NCBI GenBank assembly: GCA_965237715.1
Contig: CBDEGM010000002.1
Span: 565,836 to 629,835 of the forward strand
Direction of reading: 5' to 3'
DNA length: 64,000 nt
From: Acidobacteriota bacterium
GTDB lineage: Bacteria; Acidobacteriota; UBA6911; RPQK01; CBDEGM01
Shown here one piece after another: positions 42,571 to 53,067 of this stretch (positions are counted from its first letter, which is position 1; each line of letters opens with the position of its first letter). A program made the translations under genes and the position numbers. The notes under the pieces are model-generated. The model saw only the letters and a program-made list of their open reading frames with translations. It searched no databases and was not told the DNA's origin.

Positions 42571-44322
42571 TCAAGCGTGCTTGAACCCAAGCCGCTTTCG
42601 CTGGGCTTCCCACCTGAACGGCAGGCGGGTGTTCTTCATGAGCGTGTTCGCGGTCAGCCCAGGCGGTTGCCGACCGTCGATGATTGCCGTGACGATGTCC
42701 GGGGCAAGGTAGGCAAGCCGCAGCAACCGGGTGACATAGGAGGGTGAGACGCCTTCGGCCTCGGCGATCCGCTGCAGGGCGAGATCGGGGTCTTGCTCCA
42801 ATCGATCCTGGATGGCGAAGGCGCGCAGCAGCAGCCGGATCAGGCCCGGGGCGCACTTGGCATTGTTGCGGGCGCCGGGGACGACTAGTTTCATGCCCGT
42901 GCCAGCGCGCTCAAGGGCGCTTGGAATATCCAGGATGATCGGATGTTTGGCTGGCTGAGCGTCCTGCCTCGATCTTTTTATTGAGACGGCGTCCGGTCCT
43001 GCCAGGAGGGTGGCCAGGGCCCGCTCGCCGTCGATCTCGATCACGACGCGGGCGGACTCGACGATCACCCGCCGGAGAAGCGCATTGAGATAGGCCTTGG
43101 CCTGGTGCGGTTTCAGCTCAGGCCACCGGTCCGCGAGCGATTGCGCCTGGGTGATCAAGCTGGCATGAGCCGATGCCTCTCGAGGGTCTCCATCGATGAC
43201 AGCGCTGATCGCGGCCGCATCAGCGAGCCAGTCCCTGAGATGGACGGTAACGAGGCCTTCGAGATCCGCCGCCGGGAGGCGCCACCCCTTGCGGCCGGCT
43301 CGCTTGCCCTCGAGGATGAGATGGCGGGAGACGTAGTAGCGGTAGCGCCGTCCCTTCTTGACGGCATGGCTGGGTGAGAGGCCCTCGCCCTGCTCGTCAA
43401 CGGCAAGCCCCGTCAGCAGGCTCGGTTGCCGGGTCCCTTCCCGGCGCTCGCCGTTCGTGTTGGCGGCCAGGGTGGCTTGAACCTCATCCCACAGCGCTTC
43501 ATCGACAATGGCCTCATGCTGGCCGGGATAGGCCTTGTCCTTGTGGACCATCTCGCCCCGGTAGAGGCGATTGTGGAGCAGGTGATAAAGCGCCCCGCGG
43601 TTGATGGGTTTGCCGCCGGCAATACTGCCGTCGCGCCTCACTCGCCGCTTGCTGGCGACGCCTTCGGCGGCGAGCCGGCCGCGCAGTTCACGCACGGATT
43701 CGATCTCCCGGTACTGGCGGAAGATAGACCGGACCGTTTCGGCCCCGGCCTCGTTGACGATGAGCTCTTTGTCCTTCACATCGTAGCCCAAGGGCGGGTT
43801 GCCGCCCATCCACATCCCCTTCCTCTTCGAGGCGGCGATCTTGTCGCGGATGCGTTCGCCCGTGACCTCGCGCTCGAACTGGGCGAAGGAGAGCAGGACG
43901 TTCAAGGTCAGACGCCCCATCGAGGTGGTGGTGTTGAACTGCTGGGTGACGGAGACGAAGGAGACCGCTTTTCGATCAAAAATCTCCACAAGCCGGGCAA
44001 AATCCGACAGCGTCCGGGTCAGCCGGTCGACCTTGTAGACGACGATCGTGTCGATCCGCCCGGCCTCGACATCGGCGAGCAGGCGTTGCAACGCCGGCCG
44101 CTCCAGGGTGGCGCCGGAGACGCCGCCATCGTCGTAAAAAGTGGGCAGCACGATCCAGCCCTCGTGCTTCTGGCTCGCGATATAGGCCTCGCAGGCCTCC
44201 CGCTGCGCCTGCAGCGAGTTGAAGTCCTGCTCGAGGCCTTCTTCGGAGGATTTGCGGGTGTAGATGGCGCAGCGCACCGTGGCCAGACTCCTCGCCCGTG
44301 GTGATTTCCGATGCTCAGTCAT
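42571..44322 (-). CDS. Large serine recombinase
   Basis: CAIYTRKSS catalytic Ser, ERPALQRLL, VYKVDRLTR, recombinase and zinc-ribbon-like regions, C-terminal HTH. Confidence 0.93.
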   Translation of the reverse strand: MTEHRKSPRARSLATVRCAIYTRKSSEEGLEQDFNSLQAQREACEAYIASQKHEGWIVLPTFYDDGGVSGATLERPALQRLLADVEAGRIDTIVVYKVDRLTRTLSDFARLVEIFDRKAVSFVSVTQQFNTTTSMGRLTLNVLLSFAQFEREVTGERIRDKIAASKRKGMWMGGNPPLGYDVKDKELIVNEAGAETVRSIFRQYREIESVRELRGRLAAEGVASKRRVRRDGSIAGGKPINRGALYHLLHNRLYRGEMVHKDKAYPGQHEAIVDEALWDEVQATLAANTNGERREGTRQPSLLTGLAVDEQGEGLSPSHAVKKGRRYRYYVSRHLILEGKRAGRKGWRLPAADLEGLVTVHLRDWLADAAAISAVIDGDPREASAHASLITQAQSLADRWPELKPHQAKAYLNALLRRVIVESARVVIEIDGERALATLLAGPDAVSIKRSRQDAQPAKHPIILDIPSALERAGTGMKLVVPGARNNAKCAPGLIRLLLRAFAIQDRLEQDPDLALQRIAEAEGVSPSYVTRLLRLAYLAPDIVTAIIDGRQPPGLTANTLMKNTRLPFRWEAQRKRLGFKHA

Positions 44323-44806
44323 GCTCCGCCGCCGATGCGCTCTCGCCTGAAGGCCGCAGGCCGAAGAAGCGGGGACCGGACCAGTGCGCGCCCGTGATGC
44401 GTTGGGCGATAGCGGTCAAGGAACCATAGGCCTCCCCGTCGTAATCGAAGCCGCTTTCGGTCGCGGTGACGACATGGGTGCGGCCTCGCCATTCGCGCAC
44501 CAGCCGTGTGCCGGGGCACACCTTGGTGCCGTTGCCGGGGGCGACCCGGCCGGTCTCGGCGAAGGCCTGGGCCAGGGCCCGAAGCCGCCGCCGCGCCGCC
44601 TTGGAGAGCCCTCCGTGGACCTGTTCCTGGAGCTTATAGGCGATGCCGCGCATCAGCAGGTCACGGCTGAGCCGCCGGGGCGGGGGCGCCCGGTAATGGC
44701 GCCGCCATGCATCGCGCAGCGATGGCAGGTCCATCTCCTGGATCTCGGTCATCCGGGTCTCGATCGCCGGCACCTCGTGGCCTCCTCCGGGCAGGCTCGT
44801 CATCAA
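44315..44806 (-). CDS. DUF2924-family protein
   Basis: AYKLQEQVHGGL, PGTRLVREWRG, SLTAIAQRITGAHWSGPRFFGL. Confidence 0.85.
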   Translation of the reverse strand: MMTSLPGGGHEVPAIETRMTEIQEMDLPSLRDAWRRHYRAPPPRRLSRDLLMRGIAYKLQEQVHGGLSKAARRRLRALAQAFAETGRVAPGNGTKVCPGTRLVREWRGRTHVVTATESGFDYDGEAYGSLTAIAQRITGAHWSGPRFFGLRPSGESASAAEHD

Positions 44807-44995
44807 TGATTGCCGCCCGGGTCACCTCCATTGACGCTCCGTTGCCCGGTGGAAGTCCAGTCCGAAAGTGAAGATCGATCGTGCTGGGGGAGGATGGACG
44901 ACCGGACCAACACGTCTGAGGCGAACTCCCTCCCCCGGACCGCCGCCTCAACACGCTCATCGTCGTCAGAAACAGCGGGTTTCAGAACGTTGGAG

Positions 44996-46429
44996 TCAAC
45001 CCTCCATGGGTACCAGGATGGGAGCCACGGTGGAGATCCGGCGGTGCCTGCGTTGCCGGCCCCGCTGCCAACCGAGAAACTGCGTGACGCTGTCGACCTG
45101 ATCGTCGTGCCGGCTGTTGGGAAAGGCGAGCAGCTCGTTGAGAAACTCGCCCAGCCAGGGCGCGTGCCTGGGAAGGATGACTCGTCCCGACTCGAAATCC
45201 GTCAATTGAGCCTCGGTGCGCGACAGCTTGTCGCCCTCCGGCTGAATGCCGATGGGAGCCGGCACACACGCGTCGCCGTTGTGGCGCAGCTCCTGAACCA
45301 AGTGCAGCCCCGGCCCCGCCTTTTCGATCAGGATCGTGTTTACGCGTTGAGCCAGGGCCCGCTGGACGATGGCGCGCTTGACGCCCGGATAACCCAGCTG
45401 GCTGCGCCACACCTCGACCAGGTAGCAGGTTTGCCGGTGCACCGCCCAGGTCGTGCACACAGAGTAATCGCTGCTCTTGTTGACCGTCGTGGCCACGTCC
45501 CAGCTTTGCACGATCTGCCAGCCGGTGTCCCGCTCCGGTAGCTGGTCGTAGTACTTCAGCCATTCTCTTTTGATCAGATTGCCCTCATGGGGCACGGGTC
45601 TTTGCTGGTATTGCGCGGAAAAGGTGAGACTACCGACTTCCTCCTTGATGCGCATCAGCGTCTGAAGCGATTCCCGCCCGGGATGGAGCACATCGCCGCG
45701 CTTGCGATCGCGGGTATGTTCCGGCCCCAGGGCGATCGATTGGTCCTCCTCGGCGATGGCCGGAAGATTCAAATGATGCCGATCGCCGCTTTGAAGCAAA
45801 TGGCCGGCGAGATCGTCCTCGTGCAGCCGCTGCACGAGGACGATCATCACATCGCGCGCCTTGTCGTTGAGGCGGGAGACCAGGGCCGTCGTATACCATT
45901 CGTTGACATCGTCGCGGACGGTCTTGGAGCTGGCGTCCCCGGCCTTGAGCGGATCGTCGACAATAATCATGTCCGCGCCCCGTCCGGTCAGGGTGCCGCC
46001 GATGGAGGTCGCCAGGCGGCCCCCGCCCGCGGTGGTCACGCACTCGGTCCCTGCGTCTTTGCTAAGCCGCGTGCCCGGAAAAAGGGCGCGGTACCAGCCG
46101 CTGTTGACGACCTGCCGGAATTGCCGGGCCAGCGCGGCCGCCAGGGCGTCGGAATAGCTCACGCAGATGAAGCGCAGCTTGGGGTTGCGGCCCAAGGCCC
46201 AGGCCACGAAAGCGACGGATGCGCAGATCGATTTCAGGGAGCGGGGCGGTTGCGTGATGATCAGGCGCCGGCACTGGCGATCCGAGCAACGGCCCAATTG
46301 ATAGGCGATGGCTTCAATGTGCCAGTTGTGCCGGTATCTGTCCTCCGGCGAGACCGTCTGGAACGCTTTCTGGATGAACGCCGCCAGATCCGACCGCATC
46401 GCGGCCGCCAGGACGCTCGCGTCAGGCAT
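44996..46429 (-). CDS. Phage terminase large subunit-like protein
   Basis: IITQPPRSLKS Walker A variant, IIVDDP Walker B, nuclease QSWDVA..SDYS and HDDQVDS. Confidence 0.88.
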   Translation of the reverse strand: MPDASVLAAAMRSDLAAFIQKAFQTVSPEDRYRHNWHIEAIAYQLGRCSDRQCRRLIITQPPRSLKSICASVAFVAWALGRNPKLRFICVSYSDALAAALARQFRQVVNSGWYRALFPGTRLSKDAGTECVTTAGGGRLATSIGGTLTGRGADMIIVDDPLKAGDASSKTVRDDVNEWYTTALVSRLNDKARDVMIVLVQRLHEDDLAGHLLQSGDRHHLNLPAIAEEDQSIALGPEHTRDRKRGDVLHPGRESLQTLMRIKEEVGSLTFSAQYQQRPVPHEGNLIKREWLKYYDQLPERDTGWQIVQSWDVATTVNKSSDYSVCTTWAVHRQTCYLVEVWRSQLGYPGVKRAIVQRALAQRVNTILIEKAGPGLHLVQELRHNGDACVPAPIGIQPEGDKLSRTEAQLTDFESGRVILPRHAPWLGEFLNELLAFPNSRHDDQVDSVTQFLGWQRGRQRRHRRISTVAPILVPMEG

Positions 46430-46835
46430 CGCCGGGCTGCTCCGGTTCGTTCGCTTCAGCATTTGTCCCCTGACGCAAAACCCGCTCTCGGTAGTTTTCG
46501 AGAATCTCTTGATCCGGCGCGCCCAATACGCCGGCGGCGGCCGTGGCCAGCTCTTCCGCGTTGTAGGTTTGCGCGAGCGTCACCACGAGATCCAGCGATC
46601 GGGCATCCCCCTTGAGCGCCTTCTCACGCAAGCGCAGGAGCACCCCTTCTTGGGTCGACACGGTCTGCGGCTTGCCATCCTTGACAAGCCGAATGGGGGT
46701 CTCAAGCGTCTTTTTCACGTCGCTCTTGAAGTTGCGCGCCTTGGCGGGACGGCCCTTGGGATTGCCCGATTGGCCGGGCTTGAACCGCGTTGTCTTGGGC
46801 GGTCTGCGGTAGCCGACTTCGTACTCTCCAGCCAT
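46422..46835 (-). CDS. DUF5681-family protein (candidate small terminase)
   Basis: YEVGYRRPP..TRFKPGQSGNPKGRP; overlaps the terL start. Confidence 0.82.
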   Translation of the reverse strand: MAGEYEVGYRRPPKTTRFKPGQSGNPKGRPAKARNFKSDVKKTLETPIRLVKDGKPQTVSTQEGVLLRLREKALKGDARSLDLVVTLAQTYNAEELATAAAGVLGAPDQEILENYRERVLRQGTNAEANEPEQPGDA

Positions 46836-46837
46836 CG

Positions 46838-48232
46838 TCATGAATCCGTTGCATTTTGTCGGGAGGTGTCGGCCGGCCGGCGGCTTGGCCGAATCTCGGC
46901 GAAGGCCGCCCCGCTGGCAGCGTGAACCACAGAGTGACCGGTCAGCCGCTCGTAGCGCTCGATGGCGACGTCGACGTGCTTTGGGTCCAGCTCGATGCCG
47001 AACCCGCGCCGCCCGGTGCGCTCGGCCGCGATCAACGTCGAGCCCGAGCCGGCGAAGCCATCCAGTACGATTCCGCCGCGTCTCGAGCAATCCCTGATCG
47101 CGTCGGCGATCATCGCCACCGGCTTGACCGTCGGATGCAGAGCGAGATCGTCCAGACGGTCCGGCCCCCACGCATTGACGCCCGCATACTCCCAAACGTT
47201 GGTCCGGTTCCGCCCGTGGCGGCCCAGCTCGACGTTGTTGATGTGGGGCGCCGCGCCATGCTTGAAAACGAAGACCAGTTCGTGCCGCGAACGGTAGAGC
47301 GAACCCATACCGCCGTTGGTCTTGCTCCAAACGCACAGATTCTTGAGCTCCGAATAGACCGATTGGCCGGCCGCGAGCACCTCGCCGAGATGACGCCAGT
47401 CCATGCACACATAGTGGATCGAGCCATCGCGGCTATGCTCGGCAAGGTTTCGAAACGTTTTCCCCAGAAAATCCGTATAGGCCCGCTCGGACATCTCGCC
47501 CGAGGCCATGACGAACTCTCCATGGCGCGCCTGGCCTCTGCCGCAGACGTTGCCGCGGATCGGCACGTTGTAGGGCGGGTCGGTGAAAACCAGCCCGGCC
47601 TTCTCCCCGCCCAGCAGCCGCTCGAACACAGAAGGATCCCTGGCGTCGGCGCACAGCAACCGGTGGGCCCCCAGGCGCCACAGGTCGCCGATGCGCGAAA
47701 CCGGCGGCTCGTCGTCGATAGCGGGCAGCTTGTCGGCCGGATCCGTCTCTTCGCCCGACCGCGCCTCATCGAGTAGGAGATCGATCTCGGCCGTCTCAAA
47801 ACCGGTGAGCGTGACGTCGAAACCCAGCGTCAGGTCCGTCAGGAACCGAAGCTCCTCGGTTAACAGCTCGCTGTCCCACCCGGCGTTCTCCGCCAGCTTG
47901 TTGTCCGCGATGACGTAAGCGCGCTTTTGCGCCTCGGTCAGGTCGCCAATGCGGATCGTGGGAACCTGACGGATGCCCAGCAACTTCGCCGCCTCCAGCC
48001 GCCCATGCCCGGCCATCACGCTTCCCTTCTCGTCGACCAAGATCGGGTTGGTGAAACCGAACGCGCGGATGCTGTCGGCGATCTGCCGGATCTGCCGTTT
48101 ACTATGGGTCCGCGGATTGCGCGCGTCAGGCTGGAGGGCCGATATCGCCTGAAAGGTGACCGTTGGCCGGCTGGGGGCGCAATCGGACGCCGGGCGCGTC
48201 GGGGCTCCCGCTTTCGCTGTTTCCTTCATCAA
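46838..48232 (-). CDS. ParB/Srx N-terminal domain fused to an N4/N6 DNA methyltransferase
   Basis: GFTNPILVD..AGHGRLEAA..IADNKL; FTDPPY; HPTVKP; LDGFAGSGST. Confidence 0.9.
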   Translation of the reverse strand: MMKETAKAGAPTRPASDCAPSRPTVTFQAISALQPDARNPRTHSKRQIRQIADSIRAFGFTNPILVDEKGSVMAGHGRLEAAKLLGIRQVPTIRIGDLTEAQKRAYVIADNKLAENAGWDSELLTEELRFLTDLTLGFDVTLTGFETAEIDLLLDEARSGEETDPADKLPAIDDEPPVSRIGDLWRLGAHRLLCADARDPSVFERLLGGEKAGLVFTDPPYNVPIRGNVCGRGQARHGEFVMASGEMSERAYTDFLGKTFRNLAEHSRDGSIHYVCMDWRHLGEVLAAGQSVYSELKNLCVWSKTNGGMGSLYRSRHELVFVFKHGAAPHINNVELGRHGRNRTNVWEYAGVNAWGPDRLDDLALHPTVKPVAMIADAIRDCSRRGGIVLDGFAGSGSTLIAAERTGRRGFGIELDPKHVDVAIERYERLTGHSVVHAASGAAFAEIRPSRRPADTSRQNATDS

Positions 48233-48380
48233 AAACCTCTATCGAGATCTATGAACACCCCGCCAGATCTTCCTACCTGCATTCATTGCTCTTCCTCCTA
48301 ATGGGTTCACGTCGTCGTTGCATCCTTAGCGGCCGCTAGAGTCCCGATGGACCGAGGCGGCCGCCCTTCTGATCGCATCC

Positions 48381-48421
48381 TCCATTATAACACGCCATAC
48401 CGCTGATCCGCTGTCTAGCGT
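48381..48421 (-). promoter_or_regulatory. Candidate promoter and operator for the MTase-terminase operon
   Basis: Extended -10 TGtTATAAT (hexamer 48384-48389, minus strand); GATCCGCTGtcTAGCGT at 48405-48421 matches 49509-49525. Confidence 0.5.
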
Positions 48422-48438
48422 ATTATCATGCCAAAAAA

Positions 48439-49140
48439 CTAAACGAACAAACCAGGAACCGCCGTCTTGACCAATATTCGCCGCTGTTCCAGTCGCACTC
48501 GTGCAGCCTCGAGGGACACGTGAAACGCCGCCGCGATGCGGTCGATCATGGCCTGCCCGGCCTCCGATCCGACGGCTATGTTGCTGTACATGAGGCCTTC
48601 GGTGGCACGGAACGCCCGGACAACCCGCACATGTTCGGTTCTTGGCATCAACAACGCCCCACAGGCGTACCCCGCCTGCCATTCCATCCAGTCGCTGCTG
48701 GGCGCGACGATCGCCTCTCTGTGACAGGTGTTGCGTGTTTTCCGCGGCTCGCCCGCGAACAACCTTCCGAGTCCGTCCTCCAGAGCGAACAGGAAGCCGT
48801 GCACAAGCACGTGGCCGCATTCGTGCGTGAGTGTCGCGCGAAGGCGATTTTCGTAATTGGGTGCCTGTAGACGACTGGCGATCTTGACGTGCGGCTTCCT
48901 TCGCGGGAAGAAATCCGTCAACCCGTCGACACCGTCCTCGAGCACGCAGCCATTGTCCAGATCGTCGACCTCCCGCTCAAGGAGGACCGTGAGGTCGTCA
49001 GTGCTGGCCGGGAAGGCCACCCTGCCGTGACGGTCCCACAGAAAGCGAGTCATCGTATCCTCACAGAGCTGTTCGAGCTCGTCGGGATGGTAGTGTGGTC
49101 GCTCTCGAAACCGCCCGGAGTTGTCACGCACCCATTTCAC
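48439..49140 (-). CDS. ImmA/IrrE-family metallopeptidase (anti-repressor)
   Basis: RLRATLTHECGH (HExxH), EWQA..ACGALLMP, FHVSLEAARVRL. Confidence 0.9.
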   Translation of the reverse strand: MKWVRDNSGRFRERPHYHPDELEQLCEDTMTRFLWDRHGRVAFPASTDDLTVLLEREVDDLDNGCVLEDGVDGLTDFFPRRKPHVKIASRLQAPNYENRLRATLTHECGHVLVHGFLFALEDGLGRLFAGEPRKTRNTCHREAIVAPSSDWMEWQAGYACGALLMPRTEHVRVVRAFRATEGLMYSNIAVGSEAGQAMIDRIAAAFHVSLEAARVRLEQRRILVKTAVPGLFV

Positions 49141-49164
49141 GGCGATACTCCTTTGATCTCGGAT

Positions 49165-49497
49165 TCATGTCTTGTCCTTGAGCACCTTCCGAAAAGCAGT
49201 GAAGGCCTTCTCGACTCGCTGCGGGTCAGACCCCGGGAGCTTCTCCCGCAGGTCCGTTGGCCAGAGACCCGCCGCGGCGATCAGATGCTCCTTCGAGAGC
49301 CCCAAATGTCCTGCGAGCTGCTCGATGATGTACTCCGACGGCGGATTTCGCCGGTCGTGTTCGATGTCGTTGAGATACTGCGGCGAGATCGCACCCCCGC
49401 CTCCTTTACGTGTTCTCGCCGCCAATTCCTTCTGGCTCATGCCGAGCGCCTTGCGCGCGTCCGCAATGATCCGGCCGAATGTGCTCAAGTGTCCCAT
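49165..49497 (-). CDS. XRE-family HTH repressor (ImmR-like)
   Basis: ARKALGMSQKELA...ISPQYLNDIEHDRRNP; directly upstream of the ImmA-like gene. Confidence 0.9.
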   Translation of the reverse strand: MGHLSTFGRIIADARKALGMSQKELAARTRKGGGGAISPQYLNDIEHDRRNPPSEYIIEQLAGHLGLSKEHLIAAAGLWPTDLREKLPGSDPQRVEKAFTAFRKVLKDKT

Positions 49498-49707
49498 GCC
49501 CCGCTGGCGATCCGCTGATTAGCGTGTAACGCTTGCGGCGCCCTGTCAAGTCCCCCTCGCACAACTCAAGCTGGGGTCTGGACCATTCAGCGAAGCGATG
49601 AGGACCTTTTTTGACATGAACGACGAGTACGTGTATCCGGAAACTGTACCGGCCCCAAAGTTCGAATACACACTTTTCCACAACCGCTACGGATTGGACT
49701 TCGAAGA

Positions 49708-50130
49708 CGCGTTGTTACATGGATCGGGGCGGAGATGAAATTCCCCCTTTCCCAAAGCCGTAGCGTCAGGCGATGCGTTTGAACACGTGCCGTCCGAGTG
49801 CGGTCATTGTGTTCAGGACTTTCTGGCCGACCTTGATCTCCGTGATTTGCCTGGAGAAGCTGCGGGATTTGAGCTTGGGGCCGTTGACGCTCTTCCAACA
49901 GCCGATGCTGCGTTTCTATCCGGCTGCGCTGGTTGTACCCTGTGGCCACTTGCCAGGCCATGCGGCCGTTGCTGCGGATCTGGGCAATGTGGCGATCCCG
50001 AACGGTCGGATCACTGCGCGCGGTATAACCACATCCAGGGTCTCCCCATACCCATGCCTTAGCATATCCCGTGTGGACGCTCCATCATAGGCGCCGTCAG
50101 CCAGAAAGCCCGTGACCGGGGCATCCAATC
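49708..50130 (-). pseudogene. Degenerate IS5-family (IS903-like) transposase 3' fragment with one terminal repeat
   Basis: ADGAYD, VIP, TGYNQRSRIET; end CGCGTTGTTACAT resembles the TIR at 57655. Confidence 0.7.
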
Positions 50131-50344
50131 TGTCAGGAAGAAAACTCTATAACCCTGGCCGGGATGTGTCTATCAATCCAAATGAGAACTCTATTCTGAC
50201 GCCTTAGCGCCCCGTCGCTGGGATGTTGGCCGTGTTTACGTGGTTCGCGCGGACATCCTGATGGCTCTTAGCGCACGAGTTTTTCCGTTTTGTGAGGTGG
50301 CCCCAAGTACGAGAAGCAGCGAGGACACCTGTGCCCTCTTCCGC

Positions 50345-52306
50345 CTATTCCCGATCCATCCTCTCTTTCACCGGCACTACCGGCAGTGTTGTAAAGAGCT
50401 GGTTGCTGGCATCGAGTTCCACGGCCACTCCGGTGAACATCCCCTCCCCTGGCGCGGTGCAGCGCACCGACCCCGCGAAATCGGACGTATCGGTGCGGGG
50501 GAACATCTGCTCGATGTACTGGGCGTCCTGCCCGTTGACCTCCAGCGGGATGGCCACCTCTTCGAGCACAATGCCCCCGCTCATCAACCGGTAACTCACC
50601 CCCAGGGCTTCCTCTCCCAGGTTGTGGATCGCCGCCGCGGTGCTGATTCCCCCCACCTGGCGGCGGGTCGGGAAGATGGCGTCCCTTACGGGTTGGCTGG
50701 CTCCCACCCCGGCCACCCCGATGCCGGGCAGGCCGAAGCGCAGGACCCCGCCGATGGGACCGTCCGAGACCACCTTCACTGATCCGCTCACCACCTCCCC
50801 ACGGCCGTGGGTCGAAATCGTGAGTTCGCCTAACGGTTCCATGGCCGTCCGCACGCTCAGGGCACCGTCTTCCAGGATCTCCAGATCCGGTGTGACATCC
50901 ACCACCGACCGGACGGCAATGGGTTCGCCTTCCTGGTCGTAGAAGTGGAGGGCGGGCCGGATCGGATGGGGGGCTACATTCACGAGCACGATCCCGGAGG
51001 TGATGCCGGTCCCATTGGCGAAATGCGCAAAGTCCAGGGTGCGCTCGCGAAACGGGACCCCAACCGACCATACCTTGGCGCCTCCGGCTCCGAAGCTGGC
51101 GATCCGGGGATCGTCAGGCGAGAACACGATGCCGCTGCCGCGCCCGCCGCCGCCTGGGAGAATCGTCAGCAAATCGCCGGTCAGGGCATCCCACATCCAG
51201 GTTGTCCCGTCTGGACTCACACCTGCCAGGCGCAGCCCATCCTGGGAGAATGCAGCATAGGAGAAAGGTGCTCTATGTCCTTCCAGCGTGAGCAGTTCCC
51301 CACCGGTACGGGCGTCCCAGACGCGCAACACGCGGTTGCGGCCGTCGTACGTCACCACTCGTCTGCCGTCCGGGGAGAATCTTGCGCCGCCCCGTCTACC
51401 GGCTGTCTCCAGGTCGGCAAGCTCCGCGCCTGTTTTTGCGTTCCACACCTAGACCCTGCGTTCGGGAAACTGTCCGTCAATGGTGAGCAGCAACGAGCCA
51501 TCGGGGGATTCTTCCACGTAGACGACGCCCTTTTCAAAAGTCAGGGAGTGCAGGATTTCGCCCGACACCCAATCTAAAACTGTTGCCCCGTTGTTCGAAG
51601 CAATCAGCAAGCGTACTCCGTCGTAGGACCAGGACACATGCCTGTACTCCGTGTACTCCGCTCTGTCCGGATCAAGTTCCAACGGCTCCGAGGCGATATT
51701 GTCAAGGTTCCAAACCGTGATGAAAGAGCTCACCGCGGCGAGGCGCCGGCCATCCGGAGACCAGGCCGGCGGAACGGACTTGGCTGTCGAGCGTAATCCC
51801 GGTTCCGCCCTGTGTTGCATGGTCCCAGAGTTCGAGTACATTGAAGGACTGCGAATCCGAGATCGTAAGAAAGCGGTCTCCACGGGGGGGGAATACGACA
51901 CATGTTCGACGGGGCGTCTGGGCGGCCTCAAGCGAGAAACCGGTTCAACGCGTTCCGGCAACTCGTAGAGTTGAACGCCCGTCTCTGCGTCCCAGACCCT
52001 GACAGAGCCGTCTCTACCCGAAGTGACGATGTGGGTCCCATCGGGCGAGTAATCCAGCGAGAGCACTGTTCCGCGTTGGTGGCCCTCGAAGCGGGCCACT
52101 TCCCGGCCTGTGGCTCTCTCCCAGACGATTGCCCTGCCGTCAGCACCGGCAGTCGCGAATTGGCTCCCGTCCCAGGACCAATCCACGGTCAAGACGTAGT
52201 TGAGAAAGATGTCGATATCCAGCAACTGCATTCCCGTTTCGACGTCCCAGACCTTCGCAGTTCGGTCCAGTCCCACGCTGGCGAGGTAGCGCCCTTCCGG
52301 CGAAAA
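50345..52306 (-). pseudogene. WD40-repeat protein with the conserved ~230-aa C-terminal domain; in-frame TAG at 51449-51451; 5' end truncated by a MITE
   Basis: Repeated SPDG...VWDAETG blades; ORFs 51449-52276 and 50345-51448 share a frame; C-terminus LDFAHFANG...FTTLPVVPV. Confidence 0.8.
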
Positions 52307-52436
52307 GGTACTGTCAAGTTAAGTGGAATTCTCGGGTTTTGGAGGCGAAATCGGTCGTCGGTCGAACGTAGAATCAACAACTTAGGGACTTGCCAAGGCG
52401 CTGATTAGGCACCAAATCGGTTAACTTGACAGTACC
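52307..52436. mobile_element. 130-bp MITE with 16-bp perfect TIRs
   Basis: GGTACTGTCAAGTTAA ... TTAACTTGACAGTACC; no target duplication. Confidence 0.88.
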
Positions 52437-53025
52437 GCTCGTCGGGCTTTCGCTCGTTCCACCAAAATGCGGCACGGTCGGCCACTAGCGAACTTACGCG
52501 GGCTTCGCCGTGCTTATCCTCATAAATCATTGAGACGGTGCAACCGAACAGCCGACGCATTTGGTTGCGGAGCCGGGTGCGAACACCCGTCGCCCCGCCG
52601 CTGTCGCTGCTAAGGATACCGAGCGTCCGCATGAACTCAGAGAGCGAACGGCCCAGGACGAGCTCGCGGCTTCCCGTCCGTACCACTTCGGTACAGAGCC
52701 AGGCCAGGAGCAGCCGGGGGAAGTTGCCGTAGGGGAGTTTGTAGCCTGGACCTGACTGCATATAGAGCGTGAAGGGGCCGTTGACGCGCTTGTATTCTTT
52801 CCGGTTGCCAGGGTTGGTGCGCGGGAGGTTGCACAACACTATCATCCGCGCCATGAAGCCGAGATTGGGGTCCGCTTCGCTGGCCCCGACAAGCTGGTGC
52901 ACCTGATCGGCAAGGGTGAAGTGGTGCAACGCCTGGGGCGAGGCTTCGCGGAGCGCCTGGACTTGGCCGGGTAGATCGCCGAAGGCTTCCCCGATCGGAA
53001 CCAAGCCGTCTCGTTTGCTCTGCAT
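52437..53025 (-). pseudogene. Plasmid-type replication protein RepA (RepA_C-like), C-terminally truncated
   Basis: LGFMAR..LP.TNP, LPYGNFPRLLLAWL.TE, LGRSLSEFMR.LG, RLRNQMRRLF; cut at the MITE. Confidence 0.8.
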
Positions 53026-53067
53026 GGCTTATTCTCCCACAGCCCTCAGACAAGACAGGGACCCCCG

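Noticed and set aside
46842-47408. N-terminal extension of the DUF5681 ORF
   Set aside because: Overlaps the MTase in another frame; the family motif starts at about 46835
42571-49497. Complete prophage
   Set aside because: No portal, capsid, tail or lysis genes in the window
25626-51451. Amber recoding or pyrrolysine suggested by in-frame TAGs in mtaB and the WD40 gene
   Set aside because: dnaA, dnaN, gyrB, galU and others end normally at TAG, and no pyl genes are visible
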